Notes: a model not told the origin generated them from the sequence alone. DNA of 64,000 nt from Malacoraja senta (GCA_038087875.1 JAXLNO010005889.1:124001-188000), one strand, 5' to 3'; positions 11,628 through 27,081 are shown, numbered from the stretch's first letter. Numbers and translations: made by a program.

Positions 11628-14600
11628 TAGATATTAGTTTAACAAAATATTTGACACGAATTGTGAATCAATGTACAGAATGTGTTTCTCAGCTCAGCGA
11701 AGTCAAGTACAGACCCCGTGGTAGAAGTTAGCCTCATGGAAACAGCAGTATTATAGTGCTATTTTCATAGCTACCTTTGCCACCATTCAAAGTATCAGCA
11801 CCATATTCGTATATATCCCTGGAAAGGTCTAATTAAAGGGTGGCAATATTTTGATTTGCCAATCTACTTAGTTTAAGTGCTTGAAGAAATTGCTGTGAAG
11901 AAACATGTAGTTTGTAATAAGTTTATGCCAAGAATATGGAAACACGTCTAAATGGGGAATATTTATCTGTCCATCAATACCATATCCCCTCCAAGATGAC
12001 TTCATAGTATCAACATAACAGGTCAGTCACTGATGGTATATATCCTGTGAAATGGTTTGTGTGTTTCTCCAGATCTTGCTGCTTTGCAATGTCACAGTTT
12101 CTAATAGATATATATGTTCCATCTCAATCTACTATTTAAGATGCCATCATTCTGGTGCTGAATGTATTGTTTATGTACAGTACATCTAACCAGTGAAGTT
12201 ATACGTCAACAAAGGGAAGATCTATAATGGAAATTTAATGCGGAATGGCACAAGCTTGTTGCCATTTGTTAATATTTGTCTGGCCCTTCTCTAATTTCTA
12301 CTGAAAGGCCCTCATATTAATTTTATTAGTCACAATTAATAAAAACCATTTTTTGTTAAATGCCATCGGACATGAAAAATGTTAAATGCTGCATAAGGTG
12401 GTTCTAATTTATTTATTAGCTTTTATAGTTTCCACTTTAGCTCAACATCACAATTTTCACAATTGTATATTGAGTGAGTGTGACAAATTGGATTTAAGAA
12501 GTGCATAACAACTATGAGAGATTCACCCAAATGGTGCTGTCAAACATTCTATTAAAGCAGGTAAGGAGGTGAAGGAAATAATTTGTTCACCTTGTTCAAG
12601 GTTATTTTAAAACTATTACTACGCTGACAGGACTGACAATCATTGTCTTTAAATCATCCCACGAGTTTTCAATTTGAAAACCTGCCTTTGGCAGTTGATT
12701 AACCCATTATGTTTTTATCAATGAAATCACATTTGATAGTTTGCCAAGTTAAATAATCGTTAGTGGATTAATTCATTCCTTCACCTCCTCCTCCTGTACT
12801 TGTAAAGCCCTGTATTAATTTTTACAATATAAAAATGGCAATAAAACAGATTTCTATCCATGAAGTTGAATACTATCACTGGGACAGAAAATCCCTTCAT
12901 CAATCCTGTGACCTAAATAATTATATATGGAGATCAATGTTGGTATTCTTTGGTATGATGTCCAATTATAAAGAACTGGTAACAAATCTGATTAGTTACT
13001 TTCAATTTTTATTAAATCAGCAAACATCCTGTTGTTATCAGTGCCTGTTTGTATGAGATCCATAATCTAATTGATGTTTGAATTCCTTGGCTTTCAAGAG
13101 GATCAAATGGATTTTTTATCAAGGAAATTGATTGAAAATTACAATATCAGAATTTCCAGGACAAACCTTTGAATATTGCAGATACAAACGTAATTAAATA
13201 TTGCAGTTCTGATAACCAATTGGATATTACGAAAGTAAGCTTCCCCTAATACTCGGATATGAATTAATAAAATGTCAATGGAATATTCACATTGTCACAA
13301 TAGATCTGGCATTTAATAATAGCAATCAAAAATAAATGTTCAGATTTAGCTGTTTCTCTATGTCTTTAAATGTCTTTGGGGAAAAGTGAAGAGAGGTGGG
13401 GATATTGATATGAAGTAATATTGCTCTTGATAGAATTTATTTCCTCCATCTTTTCTATCAGTTTCTATTAATGTGCAAGACTTGTTAATGGATATTGACC
13501 TATCACTTGGATAGTTACCCTGGTTACAACTTTGGTGAAATCTCAAAACTTAAGTGATTTAGGGAAATAAATAAATTTCTGACTTGCATTTTAATGTTAT
13601 ATCAAAACACTTATGTTGGCCAATAAAATGTCATTTTGGCATTGAACAGAATGAAAATGCTCTGATAACGATTTAATGCACAACTTGCAAAAATCCATTT
13701 ACAGTGAAAAATTGCCCTTGTAATAATTGATAATAAAGCATTGGTTTCCTTTCATAGGGCCATAAATGGAAAGCATATGAGTTTATGGAAGTGACCCACT
13801 TTTAAAAGGTCTGCCGTAACTCAATGTCTCAGGTGGGATATCCATTAACTAGCTTGCGATGATTTATAAAAGTGTGGAATGTGACTCCCATCTCTCCGTT
13901 GGTTCCCATTGTCATTACACTAAAGAAAAGCGCAATCTGAGATTTATTTAACAGTGTATATGGTATGAATGAAACATTTGTTAATGAACTAGTGAGAGTA
14001 TCCCACTCATGACAGTCTGCAATACTTTTTGAGAAATCATTGAATAATATTAACAGAGACAAGAGCTTTCTCTCATAAATTTTAAATGTGATCAAACTTA
14101 GTGTGAAAGTTCAGGGCAAATGTACTTGAATAATGACATCCCCCTCTGTGTTTAAATTCCTTTTGGCTTAGTGTGAAAACATGTTTAAAGAGAGAAAAAA
14201 ATGTTTATTCGGAAAATTACTGGTTATAAATATGAGAGATATATTTATAGTACTGTGTAATTAATGTGACATCTGCCTCAACAAATATTGGATAGGAACA
14301 TTATCTCTTTGTAGCAGAAATCTTTATGTAGAGAGACATTTTTACAGATGCTTTATTAATGATGCATGCAGCTTGAAAGGTAAATAGACTTTGAAGAAAT
14401 GTAGAGGAAAATGAAAGTTAAATTAGTCAGGAAAAATGTATAAAGAAACTAAACTGTAGGATATTAAAGTAGTAGTTTAGCAGAAAATATTCTGCTGCAT
14501 GATAGAGCTTTGGGATGTATTTGTTGATGTGAGAAGGGGGAAAATGAGATTTTGTCAACGTGGCTGGCATTTCTCATTCAAAATGCCGATGGCTTGTTTG

Positions 14601-17600
14601 CATTAACTGAGGAGTTCTGAAATGTAAATATTTATTCTGTACACATACTGAGCAAAATAATATTAGACACTGATCATACCTGGGTCAGATCACCTTTCAA
14701 CCTTATAAATTATTCTTACCATGTCATCTCTAAAGTCTCAGTATCATGCTGTGTTATACCATTTCCAAGGTAAACATGTCAGTCTAATCAAAGCCGTTAA
14801 CAAGGTTAAGGGATTCAGTAATGTACCTATAGGAAATTTATTTCCTTGCTTGTGGATGTTAAGATTATAAATTGAAATAAGAAAACACTTTATCTTATAA
14901 AGAACAGTGTAAGTGTGAAACTCTATGTCTAAAGAGGTTGCAGATGTATCAATTGACATTTTCTTTTACCCAAGTTTGTTCTTTCAATACAAGTCCGTTG
15001 TTAGTAAGGAAAGGTTGAACCTGGGCAATAGGAAGTAAGATGGATGAGCCAAGATCTAATTGAAAAGTCAGAAGGCGAAACGAACTTGATAGCCTAAGCC
15101 TGTGCCTCTGTTCATGTCAGACTCAATGCCACTTTGAATAATTTTTCCTCAGTTACACAGGCCAACATGTGGTGTCCAGACCAAATAGGTTTTTATCTGT
15201 TCAAGTGACTTGCCAGACAATTACAAGGCCGCAGCTTGATAGGCCATCTATCAACATATTGCCAACAAACTACGATGGGCTAAGTTACACGTTGATTGGA
15301 TAACCTGCCTGTTACACAATAGCATTCATAGAATAAAATGAGGACAACGTTAATACCTGAGAAATATGAAAAATTAGGACTGAATAATGAGAATTTCAAT
15401 AATGTTGATGTGACAGCACTGTGCATTTCTGTGCATTAAATGATCCCACTGTTGCATTTACAGGAAGGGTTGTTTCTAAAACATAAAGAGCTTGGGGCTC
15501 AGCAATCTCATGCTTCCACTCTCCCAACTACTGTTTCAGTCAGTTCTATCACCAGATAAATGTTTCCTAATTCCAGGCTTCTCTTCTGTCACTTTAATGG
15601 GCTTATTTTGGTTATATTATTTCAGAGCTCCAAAATTCCTTTGCTAAAGGATCCCACCAGACTACCTCAAATGTACAGAGGAGGCCATAACTCATGTACA
15701 TTGGGTACAAAGTATCATTGAATCGATCAAAACTCAACATGAGCAACAGAGGACAAATTATCTCTCTAAATTCTAAAATAAACAGGAGCAAAAACTGGGA
15801 TTAATCGAAAGTCAAAATAAAGGCAGAAAAATTGCAAATAATACTTATTTTCCTTACATCACCAATATTAACAGCACTCTTAAGGAATACATAGAAAATA
15901 GAACATAAAACAGTACAGCACAAGAACAGGCCCTTTGTCTGTGCTGAACATGATGCCATGACCATTACTTAACTACCTGCACATAACCAATATCCCTCCA
16001 TTCCCTCCATTCACAAAGATGTGACAGAGTCTGCTTTTTAAAGTATTTATGTCCATCTGTTACTATCAAATTATCTGTCCAGCCCTGAAAATTTAATTTT
16101 ACACATGGACTTTAATTGCAAATAGCACTGGAGAGTTTTAAAAAAAACAAAGGGTTATTTTTATTTTCACTTTCTCCCCTGAGCTATTGAGGAGGGAGTT
16201 CCAAGGTTTAGACTCAGAGAATGTGAAGAATCAGCAATACATCTCCAATTCAGGACAGCGTGTGAGTTTAAAGAGAACTTGCAAGTGTTCTGACTGTTTA
16301 GATATTTTACTGTACCAGAAGCCTGAATGACCACTTACCAATTCCTCTCCTTCCCTCATTGAGATGAATGGTGAATAAATGCTGGCTTTGACAACAATGC
16401 CCACATCCTGCTAATGAATTAATAAAATAAAATCACAGAAGGAAATGTTCTGGCCCTTTTATAGATTTTTATAATTCGTAAAACATTTTGATTAATGCAC
16501 CCCTCCCGTCCAGAAAATCCGTAAAAATAATTATTTTATTTTCACCATTCTCAACCTCAATTTGCATTGTCGCTGCATCATCTGTTAAGACATGTTTAAT
16601 CAGAACCTTTTGCCATTATTTCTTTACCACAATATTGTAAAACTACATCAAAGCTTGCATTGAACAAGGTTTCTCACTGGATATGTTTCTCTTTGTTCAA
16701 CATGTCCTACATGTCCTCCATCTCACCTTTTACGTTAAATCAGACTTTTACCAATATGTATTTCAGACGTATGTGTCTTTCCAGGGCAATCATTAGCAGC
16801 ATATTGGGAATGTTGCCATAACAATATCATGCTAAACCAAATGAGATGTTGCTTCTGTAAGATCGCACTAAAATAATTTGAATGTGCATTGCTCCCAGAA
16901 TCTGATGCTTACCTATTAAATTCAAAAATATAACAAAGCACCAAAGATTTCTTACTAAAGCTTGAAGGGAAGGCATGGCCACTTTGTTTCGGGTCGACGA
17001 TGTAATGCATAAAATAAGTGTTTGATAGAGGATTGAGATGAGTTAAGTTGCTCCATTATCTCATTTAAGGAATCAATTATCTGAAAGTGTTGCAAATGGT
17101 CAGGTGAATAATTTAAAAGGGAGAAATATCAAATGAAATTAGCAGAAATCGGCATAAACCACTGTGGACAATCATATATCTTTCCTTGATGGAGATCCAT
17201 CAAAGTGTGATACCATGGTGCATTAATGAGTTTCTTAGTTCTATTTCTTCAAGATATTGATAGAGAAGCTGGCTAGTTTCATAATGGCTGTCCCCATTTC
17301 CATTTAAGAATTAATAAAAGGAAAGTCTTGTATATTTAGGATACTGGTGACATAGAATAATAGTTGCCAGAAACCATGTTTACAACTGTTGGACTAAATC
17401 TGTGGAAAACCATCATCTCGCCAGTATTTTGCTGCATTGTGTCTCATGAACATTGATTTTTCACTTTGGAAAGCAACATTTTACTTGTGTTCCACTTTAT
17501 TGCAGAAATGTAATTTTTTTTTAATCTATTTGTTCCTGATTGAATCATAGCCATTTACATGCAGTCTGCTAATTTATCATCTTATTTTCTTGCAAATTCT

Positions 17601-18704
17601 TATCTATAGCATTTAATAGCATTGTCAACTTATATGGGAATAATTGCATTTTAGCATCAAAGGCTTGGGATTCTAAATTAGGTAGTCCTAAAGTTATTTC
17701 AGAACAAACCTGACTTTTTTTTCAGTGCTGGAAGTGAAATAGCTAATTGAGGAAGAATATTCAGGGAGAATGTAGAAGGCAATAATATTCCAATTAATAT
17801 TCAGCACGATACGCCGTTCAATACGATCATGACTGATCATCCAATATCAGTACCCCATTCCTGCTTTCTTCCCATATCCCTTGATTCCATTAGCCCTAAG
17901 AGCTATATCTCAGTAGTCCTCAGAGAGGATTTTTATGTCACAAATTATTTTGGCAAGCTGAGTAGTCTGTTAGCTTTTCCTTTTGTTCTGTGGACTTCAT
18001 TATGAATCAAGCGATTAATGAAAGAAACCCTAGACAAAAATCATTGTAATATCCCCAGTCCAATTCCAAGTGGATGCGTTCACAGTTAATTTTGTATTTT
18101 TGTTCCAAGAGCACTTAAGTATGTGGTGGAAACTTTTAAAGTAGTTTCAACAGTGATTTTCTGCAATATACAGTAGTTCGGGTATTGAATATCTTCCTTA
18201 CCCACTAGTTCCTCATTCAGTGAGCTTGCGTCACAGTTGTTAATCCTTCATGCAAAATTCATCAAGGTGAAATATTTAGGGAGGAGTTTTAATCCATCTG
18301 ACAGCAACAGAAGACTAACAAGACAGTTTTACATCAGAGTAGCCATTGACCCAATGCTCAAAGTGCATTTGACCCCAGTATAGCATCTCTGAGCTGTGTG
18401 AGTGCCCTTGTACTTAATTAACCTATCAGGATAAAAATAACAAGAAACCTTGGCCAGAATATTGAATTCAGTACCAAATCCGAAGTAAACAGAAAATTAA
18501 ATATTTCATTAAGAAAGATAAATTAGATTGTTTAAAAAAAGATTACTTTTAACAATCAACAATAAATAAAATCTTATGAAATGAGACTATACATTATCAA
18601 GTCAGTTCATAGTGCCAGAAACCTTTCTCCCTAACAGAAATTAAGGCCAATCACAGAATTGAAAAGATACTTGCACTGAAATGGACAATAAGTCTTAATT
18701 TGCT

Positions 18705-18910
18705 TCGGAGACAAGAAATTGCAGTGGCTGGAATCTTGAGCAAAATCCAAGGAGCTGGAGGAACTCAGCAGGTCAGGCAACATCTATGGACATTTTGGGT
18801 CTGGACCCCTCTTCAGACTGAAGAATCCTGAGTCAAAGGTTCATCTGTCCTATCCCAGCACAGATACTGCCTGACCCACAGAGTTCCTCCAGTACTTTTT
18901 TGTTTGCTCT
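18705..18910. mobile_element. Older fold-back Penelope terminal-repeat element
   Basis: gctggaggaactcagcaggtcaggc... is inverted against ...ctgcctgacccacagagttcctccag; centre cttcagactgaaga. Confidence 0.75.
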
Positions 18911-18929
18911 TAACTGAATTTAGTATGTA

Positions 18930-19240
18930 TGTAGAGTTGTAGAATGGAAACAGGCCTTCCAGCCCAAATCGTTCATGGCAATCAAGATGTCCATCTGAGC
19001 TAGTCTGTTTGCCTGTGTTTGGCATATCACTCTAAACCTATTCTATCCATTGACCTGTCGAAATATCTTTGTAGTGTTGTGATTGTACCCACCTCTATAG
19101 CTTCCTCTGACATTCCATTTATCCACCATCAATGTGAAATAGTTGCCCTTCAGGTCCGTTTTAAACTTTTCTCCCCTCACCTTAACCCTATGCCCTCATG
19201 TTTTAGATTCCCCTACTCTGGAAAAAACGCATTGACCATC
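18930..19240 (-). mobile_element. HER1/CR1 LINE 3' fragment
   Basis: Tail gaaacaggccttccagccc followed by diverged ORF2 3' sequence. Confidence 0.7.
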
Positions 19241-21921
19241 AGATACCGAGGTTATTACGCATCTCCAGTTTGTGCCAGTATATTTGTAATCTATGGTGCC
19301 ACTGGTTACATGGTAAATCAGACAGGTTGCTACAGCGAACTAAGAGGTTTGACCTCTACTGTTATTTACACCATAATTTATAGTTTATAGCAACTAAATA
19401 CAGCTGCTTTTGAGTTTATAAATGTAAATTTAGAAAATAATTTCTGCTAAAAGAAATGACTCTTGCCAATGTATAGGCCGATTTAATCAGATTTTACTTA
19501 TTGTTGATGTTAAAAAAGTTCATAGTTTTTATTACTGTCTACTTTATCTTTCTTATCTCTTTTGTCTGGCAGTTGTTACAGCCTCGTTCTGTTTTTAAAC
19601 TGTGAATGGACAGAAGCAGTGGTATGCACCCTGTCCCACCATGCTACCAATAAAGAGCTGACCTCCAGTCAAGACTTTTGTTGCTCAACTTTCGCTGCTC
19701 TTTTTCAGTGGTGAGGGGCAATTCTGTGTGTAAATTATGCCCATCATTAGAAGCAAGAGATTGAGGAGCAGTGAAGTTGAGTTTTCAGGGATGGGTATGC
19801 TAAATAGGAATCCTTCCTACTTGTTCTCAAAATAAACACTTGTCGAGAGAGGTAAAGAGCCAACTAGATGTAAATAAGCCTCATTTGCTGATCTATTCAG
19901 TCAACTTCAAAGGACAATCTCTTAGCATATCGCTTGAAATATGATCACAGTATTCTCACTGTTCCAATCAGTATTGAAGAAAGTTAATTTTGATCTTGGT
20001 AGTGGTCAATTAGAAACCTTGCTTTTTGATGGGGCTATATTTATTTAATCGGCTTCCCTTCTCCCTGATGGCGCCTCTTCTGATGAAGTTCGTGCAGGAT
20101 AGCGCCCCACTGCTAGAGCTGGCAGGCCATGAATATAGCGTATTTACCTGTGTCTGGACAGATACCACTATTGACTGATGTAAATATGAGGTTTCACACC
20201 CAAGAAATATCCAGTAAGTATGGAAAATAGGCCAACTGATATCCCTCTTCCTCCATCTCCATCTCCATGCCACGAATGAGACCAATTACACTGCCCCTCC
20301 TCATCAAAAGAGTTAGACATTTAGATTATTAACTGGTTAGCACAGGCCAAAGGTTACTCTTGGCACCTTGCTGCCTGTCCCATAAGGGTTACTATAAAAT
20401 ATATTGTACAGTCATCGCTCTTATATCATTTTCTCATGAAGATTAGTAAAACAAGTTATTGATAAAACCATGAAAAAAGTTAAAGATATCTTGTTAACAA
20501 TTGATAACAATTATTTAAAACTTAATACAAATACTATCATCTACACCAATTTACACCAATTACATAAAATGTTTAATACAGGGTTTAATTATACATGTTG
20601 ATTTCCAATTAAGTTAGTTTACTAATTAATCTAGTTGGTGCTTGTTGGTATTCTAATATGTCTAAAAAAAGAAATATCACCTTTTCTGAGTCATCAAGGC
20701 TGTATTTGATTATTTTAGAAAACCTCAAGAATTTTATGAGTATTTTAGGAAAACTCCAGTTTTTTTTAAAATCACCTGGGATTTTTTGTCAGTTTGTCAG
20801 GGCTTAGCTCAAAAACTGTTCAGATTGTAATCAACCATTGTGAAAATTTCCAACAGTTTGCCATCTGTTAGGAGTACATTGTGATGAGAGCCTTTTGTAT
20901 CGTAACTGGGCAGGTCTCCTTGCAAATGTATAGAAGAAATGACAGTGATGTACTTTTGCAATACAACAAACAGGATTCAAGTATCTAGATCTCATTGATA
21001 TTGATGGTGTAGACGCAATGTAAGAAATCCTGAATTTAATAGTTTTAGAGCCTTTAAAGTGATAAAGTTAAAGAATAAATATGGCACCTATCTGACTCCA
21101 TCCATTTATTATAACCATAATACCAATAATGATCCATACTGGGATACACTGGTTCAATATTCGTGCCACAGACACTTCTGAGGAATTTGACTGGATGGTA
21201 TATTTATTCTTTGGAATTAAAGGATGGAATTTGGTGCAAAACTATACCTATAGACTGCAGAGATGTCAAAGCTTAATCTACATAAAGCCAGGGACATCCA
21301 GTAAAGATATCCTATGTTTAATTGAATATAGTAATTGTTTTAAATGTTTTTAACGAGTGTTTAAAAAGTTGGTTTACAGATATTTGTATAATTTTTGCAG
21401 AAACATTAATTTTTATTTGGACATTTATTTGGTTATTAATGCCTTTGTGTTTTGATATACAGTCTGCATAAACCAGAAAAAAAAACATGTATGCTGTCTT
21501 TCTAATGTAATTGTGGAATTAATTTTAATACAGGTGATATGCAGTATTATATTTGGCTCTTTGAGAAACCAACTTGAATTATTCTGGACCAGCTGTTGAA
21601 TTACTGCATATTGATCAAAGGAAGAGATATCTTAGGTTATGATAATGCTATCTGAACAATATATGGGCCATGTTTTACAGTATGTGTTTGGAATAAAAGA
21701 TTGAGGTGGTTCTAGATATAAAGTGCACATTGATGCTAATTTTTGCTGCAGCCTATCACAATTGACCCAGTTTCAAGTCTTAAATGCACACAATTTCTTT
21801 CTTCCTCCAACTTAATGAGAAGCTTGCTCCATTGGAATCTAAGGGCAAATCTTTTAGAAATTTAATTGAATGGGGACTCCTTTAAAATAGCAAATCGCGC
21901 ACCCTGAGCCAATATCTGAAC

Positions 21922-22013
21922 AGACACAAAATGCTGGAGTAACTCAGCGGGACGGGCAGCATCTCTGGAGAGAAGGAATGGGTGATGTTTTGGGCTGAGA
22001 CCCTTCTTCAGAC
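21922..22013 (-). mobile_element. Penelope terminal-repeat fragment with a degenerate hammerhead core
   Basis: Reverse complement reads ctgaagaagggtctcagcccaaaacatc. Flanked by the direct repeat caatatctgaaca (21910-21922 and 22013-22025). Confidence 0.8.
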
Positions 22014-24411
22014 AATATCTGAACAGTGTAATTTAAGTCTTCTTTTGTGATAGTGACTGATTCGGATAAAAGCTTTCCCATTGCTGGTGCCCACAATCAC
22101 ATCTCGGTGCTGCAGCTGAGGTGTTGTAGTACTCATCTCCTCCAAAAGATGTAGTTCATGAGCTTTAATAGTTTTATTTATCAATGCCTCACTTAGAATA
22201 TCAATGCCTTGTATATTACAATAGCAAACATTTGAAGAAGTAATTGTAAGCACAGTTTTGCTGAGACATTAACCCTCTTGATGCTAATGCTTTTGTCCAA
22301 CATTTAGCGAAATATATCATTGCTGAAAATGTAGAAACAAGTCCATCATTTCTATTTTCTAAATTCTTTTTTCAGGGGGAGGGGAGAATGACTGGTTAAT
22401 TAAAAAATAAACAAATAAATAAATTGATTTAAAATAATTTTGTAGTTTTCTCTCTGGTTTATAAACTTAAGCAATGTGATGCATTCATTTTTTTACTTTT
22501 AAAGGCAGGAGCATACACTGCCGAGGCATCACTGCACGTGCTAAGTGACCAGAAATGTTTTACAATGATCTTAAATGGGGAACCTGTTTCTGGCTTCCCA
22601 ACACAGGCATTATGCAGTTAACATTTAATGACATTGCCTGCAAAATGGCAACTAGAGGGTTAATTGAATCAACTTCAGGTATTACTGTTGTGATTTTTTT
22701 TCCATAAAGTGTGTGATCATAACAAAATGGTGCTGTACCAAAGCCTTATCTGTAGAATATTTACCACTATATATCCTACATAGGCTCCTAGCCTCCCTCT
22801 TCTTCCCCCAACCATGTAATATTCAAATAGTTAAGGGAATGATTCAGCAGACTGCCGGATTACCTGGAAAAGATGCAAGATAGACAAGGAATGAACAAAA
22901 ATAAAAATTGAGATTTTGCAAGTTATATAACTAAATGGCTCACTACAGAAATATGGACTTGATTAGGGGACACTATGTTAAGTGTAAAGATTGCCAAAGA
23001 AATTACGTAACGAAAGGACAAATTTTTGAGAAAACACTGGTAAAAATAATGTTAATAATAAATGTCAAGGATTTAAAATGACAATGTATATTGCCCTTCC
23101 TTGTTTATTATGAATTCATCTTTGAACTTAAATAATAATGTACAACAGAAGGAGGAAATGTCAAAAGTCATTAGTTTAAGAAAAGATAACTGCAATCTTT
23201 GCAACAGCCTGAAGCTCTCTGTCAATTGATACAATGATGTTTCAGTGTGCTTTATTTAACTTTGTTGTCCTTTAATTCCTAAGTTGCTTAATTTGGGATG
23301 AAGGGTGTGAATCCATGATTGTCCCACCATGTCTCATTCTCCTGAGTTTATTCCCATTTTGCCCCATTTGTGAGCCAGTGATAGTAAGACAGTGGATGCT
23401 TTTGAACAATTGATGCTAAATAATTGATGGATAGATGATTATTTTGTTCCACATTGTGCCTTTTTTCCCACAATTTCAACCACCTGTGACACAGTTCCAT
23501 CTCTGAGACAATGTTAAGATTCCATGTTAACCTGAGGCCTTCTCTTTGAGATATTTTTTATTTTATTTCTGAACACTATCGAGCTGTGGTCTTTCGGCAA
23601 CATATTCTTGACACAGCATAACTGCTTACACAGATTCTCTGACCTAGATACAATCTGTCCTTTGCACCTCCTCCAAGTAAAAGTCTGGCTTTCCTCAGGT
23701 GCTCCAGTTTCCTTCCACATTCCTGATGTGCTAGTAGTTACCGTAAGTAGGTGGGCGATGACAGCAAAATCAAGGGAAGTTTAGAGACATGATAGAAAAA
23801 ATAGTTTACAAGAAAGTAAGTGGGGGAATGGGACTGAAGGGAATGTTCGATGGGCCAAATGCTCTCCGACAGCATGAGAAAAAATTAATTACAAACTAGA
23901 TTCTTAAGATTGAATTTTTCCATCTCAAATGTTATGACTTGGTATACAATTTTTTTTAATGTGATTTAGACTTAATCAAATGCAAACAAAATCAACGATC
24001 TATATGAAGAATCTGAAAAAAGGTGTATTATTTTTTAAATAAATGTACAATATTCAGAACTTTGCTTCATCCAGTTACTAAGATAAACATTGACAATATC
24101 ATCATTACAGTATTTACATCTTGATATTTCAGTATCGATCTATTTAATTCAAACGTTTTTTTATTCTCTTTCTATGTTAACACCTCTGGTAATGTTTCAA
24201 ATAGGCAGTTAGAACAATAGTTTTGATAATTTTTATATAATTTTATTTTTCAATCACATGCACGAATATATATTTTTAAAATGTATGCATACTTAACTAG
24301 CTAAATGTAAATATGCACTAAATACAAGTATCAACAATATGATTCTGTAAGGGAAAATAACTAAATGCAGCATATGGAGCATATTTAGCAAAGCTCAGGA
24401 ATGTATACGTT

Positions 24412-24582
24412 CATGTCATAGGAGCAGAATTAGACCATTCGGCCCATCAAGTCTACTCCACTACTCAATCATGGCTGATCTATCGTTCCCTCTCAACCCA
24501 ATTCTCCTGGCTTCTCCCCATAACCCCTGACACCCATACTAATCAGGAACCTATCAATCTCCACCTTAAAAATATCCATTGC
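24412..24582 (-). mobile_element. HER1/CR1 LINE 3' fragment
   Basis: ggagcagaattagaccattcggcccatc...atcatggctgatc tail. Confidence 0.75.
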
Positions 24583-25444
24583 ATCTTGCTCATGACTTTA
24601 ATAGTTTCAGTCTTAATACTTGCATTGCCTACATCTTTCATCAGCATTTTTCTCATGAAGGCTGGGACTTGCTGATGCACGTCACTGCAAACATGTCCAC
24701 ATGCCAGCTCATCTTAGACCCAAGCCACTGACCTCTGGCGTATAAAGTTATATTCTTATTTAGATTAATAAATTGCAGACTTTAGAGAGTAACAGTTGCA
24801 CACTAATTTAATCTATTCATGAGTATGTAACATAAACACCCTCAGCAGAGAGGAATTAAATGTTGATGAAAACAGACTAAAGTCACAGACTTTTCAAATA
24901 AGGACATGTTCAGTATACCCAGGATATAAATGCAGTGCAGTCGAGGGAGAATAACATGCAATGCCATAGTACGAGCATATGCTATATATTAATATTCATC
25001 CACAAGACCTAAGCAACACTGATAAGAACAGTTTTTATTTCCCATCTCTCATTCCCTGCAAGGCAGTTATGAGTCACTTCTTGAGGTGCTTTTGGACAAC
25101 AGTTCCACGACTTTGACCAGATGGCAATGAACAAGGTGCAGTGTATGTTCACATCATGATGATTTGCACCATGGAGCAGAATTTCCAGTTGCTAGCATTT
25201 CCTTTGCACATCCTGCCATTGTCCTTCTAGGTGACAGAGGCGACAGATTTGGGAGGTGAGATATTCAGGGGAATGATTTTTCAAGGCCCTTCAGCCCAAA
25301 ATGTAACACTATTCTGCCAGAGCAGAATAAAGAGGGTAAGTTGCTCTGCTTTGATAGTGAGGAGCATTCAAAAGTTGGGGCTGCCTATTATTAATGTGAA
25401 CATTCTCACCACCACTGGAATCAAAGTGCCCAAATACAGACATT

Positions 25445-26137
25445 ACATAGATTACATTGAAAATAAGTGCAGGAGGAGGCCATTTGTCCCTTAAAGCCTG
25501 CACCGCCATTCATTGTGATCATGGCTGATCATCCACATCAGTAACTCGTGCCTGCCTTCTCCCCATATCCCTTGATTCCGCTAGCCCTTAGAGCTCTATC
25601 TAAGTCTCATTTTAATTCATCCAGTGCATTGGCCTCTACTGCCTTCTGTGGCAGCGAATTCCACAAATTCACAACTCTTTGGGTGAAAACGTTTTTTTCT
25701 CATCTCAGTTTTAAATTACCTCCACATTATTCTTAGACTGTGGCCCCTGGTTCTGGACTCCCCTAACACTGGGAACAATTTTCCTGCATCCAGCTTGTCC
25801 ATTCCTTTTATAATTTTATACGTTTATAAGATATCCTCTCATCCTTCTAAATTCCATTGAATACAAGCCCAGTCTTTCCAATCTTTCCTCTTATGACAGT
25901 CCCACCATCCTGGAGATTAATCTCGTGAACCTACGCTGCACTGCCTCAAAGGTAAGGATGTCCTTCCTCAAATTAGGAGACCAAAACTGCACATAATACT
26001 CCAGATGTGGTCTCACAAGGGCCCTGTACAACTGCAGAAGGGCCTCTTTACTCCTATACTCAAATCCCCTTGTTATGAAGGCCAACATGCCATTAGCTTT
26101 CTTCACGGCCTGCTGTACCTGCATGATTACTTTCAGT
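25445..26137 (-). mobile_element. HER1/CR1 LINE, 5'-truncated (RT C-terminus and 3'UTR)
   Basis: QAVKKANGMLAFITRGFEYRSKEALLQLYRALVRPHLEYYVQFWSP is a typical CR1 ORF2 segment. Confidence 0.93.
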
Positions 26138-27081
26138 CTTACGTCTGAGTGTGTTTATAATTCCCTTTTTTTAATGTATGAGTTCTGAGTATATTACTCA
26201 GTTAAGAATTGTATCTACTGACAGGGAAGTCAGGCTTACAATATCAGGTGATACCGGCAGTAGAGCTCATGGTAGTTGTCAAACACCTTATTTACTATAC
26301 TCTGTATGGATGGGAGGAGTCCTGGTACCCAACCATTTCTGAATATTGCAAACCTGTGTAATCAATCAGAGTAAAAACATTGCATGCTCATGAAGAAACC
26401 TACATGCTCAATGAAGAGTCTGTGACAATTTGTTCATTGTCAAGACAATAGAGGGCATTTAACTGCAAGGTAGCGTGGGAACGACTGTGTGGACATTTTC
26501 AGCTGCTTAGTACCCATGTAACACTGTCCTGCTTCAAAAATGTTTTGTATTTTGATATAATAAATCTTTGCAAAAAAAACCCTTAACTTGGAAGTTTTTT
26601 TTATTCTGGTAAATTATGTCTTACGCAAGAAAAATAGGTTACACCAAGAGACTGCATACTTATCACCGAAATGAGCTGACACAAAGGGGTAGGGCAAGGG
26701 GTACAGTTTTTCAAGAGTCAAGAGTGTTTTATTGTCATATGTCCCAGATAGAACAATGAAATTCTTACTTGCAACAGCACAACAGAATATGTAATATTAC
26801 TTCATCCCACTGGTATGTTGAATCTCAAGAGAAACCAAAATGAAGGTGACAAATGTTTTGTAAAGCTGGTCAATTCTACAAATTCATACATTCACTCAAC
26901 ATTTTAGCCAGATTTCATGTCTTTCCCTTAAAGAGACCTGGGCTAGCCTGGGTTATTGGGAACTAAATTCTTACAATGTACAGGTTTAATTCAAGTGAAG
27001 AAAGATTTGGATTTATATATGCTTTTATCTTGCTCCATCGTATTCCAAAGCACCTTATTGCCACACATTGTTTGTGTATTA

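Noticed and set aside
20080-20180. Possible C/D snoRNA (tgatga...ctga)
   Set aside because: Imperfect C box, no terminal stem and no recognisable rRNA guide.
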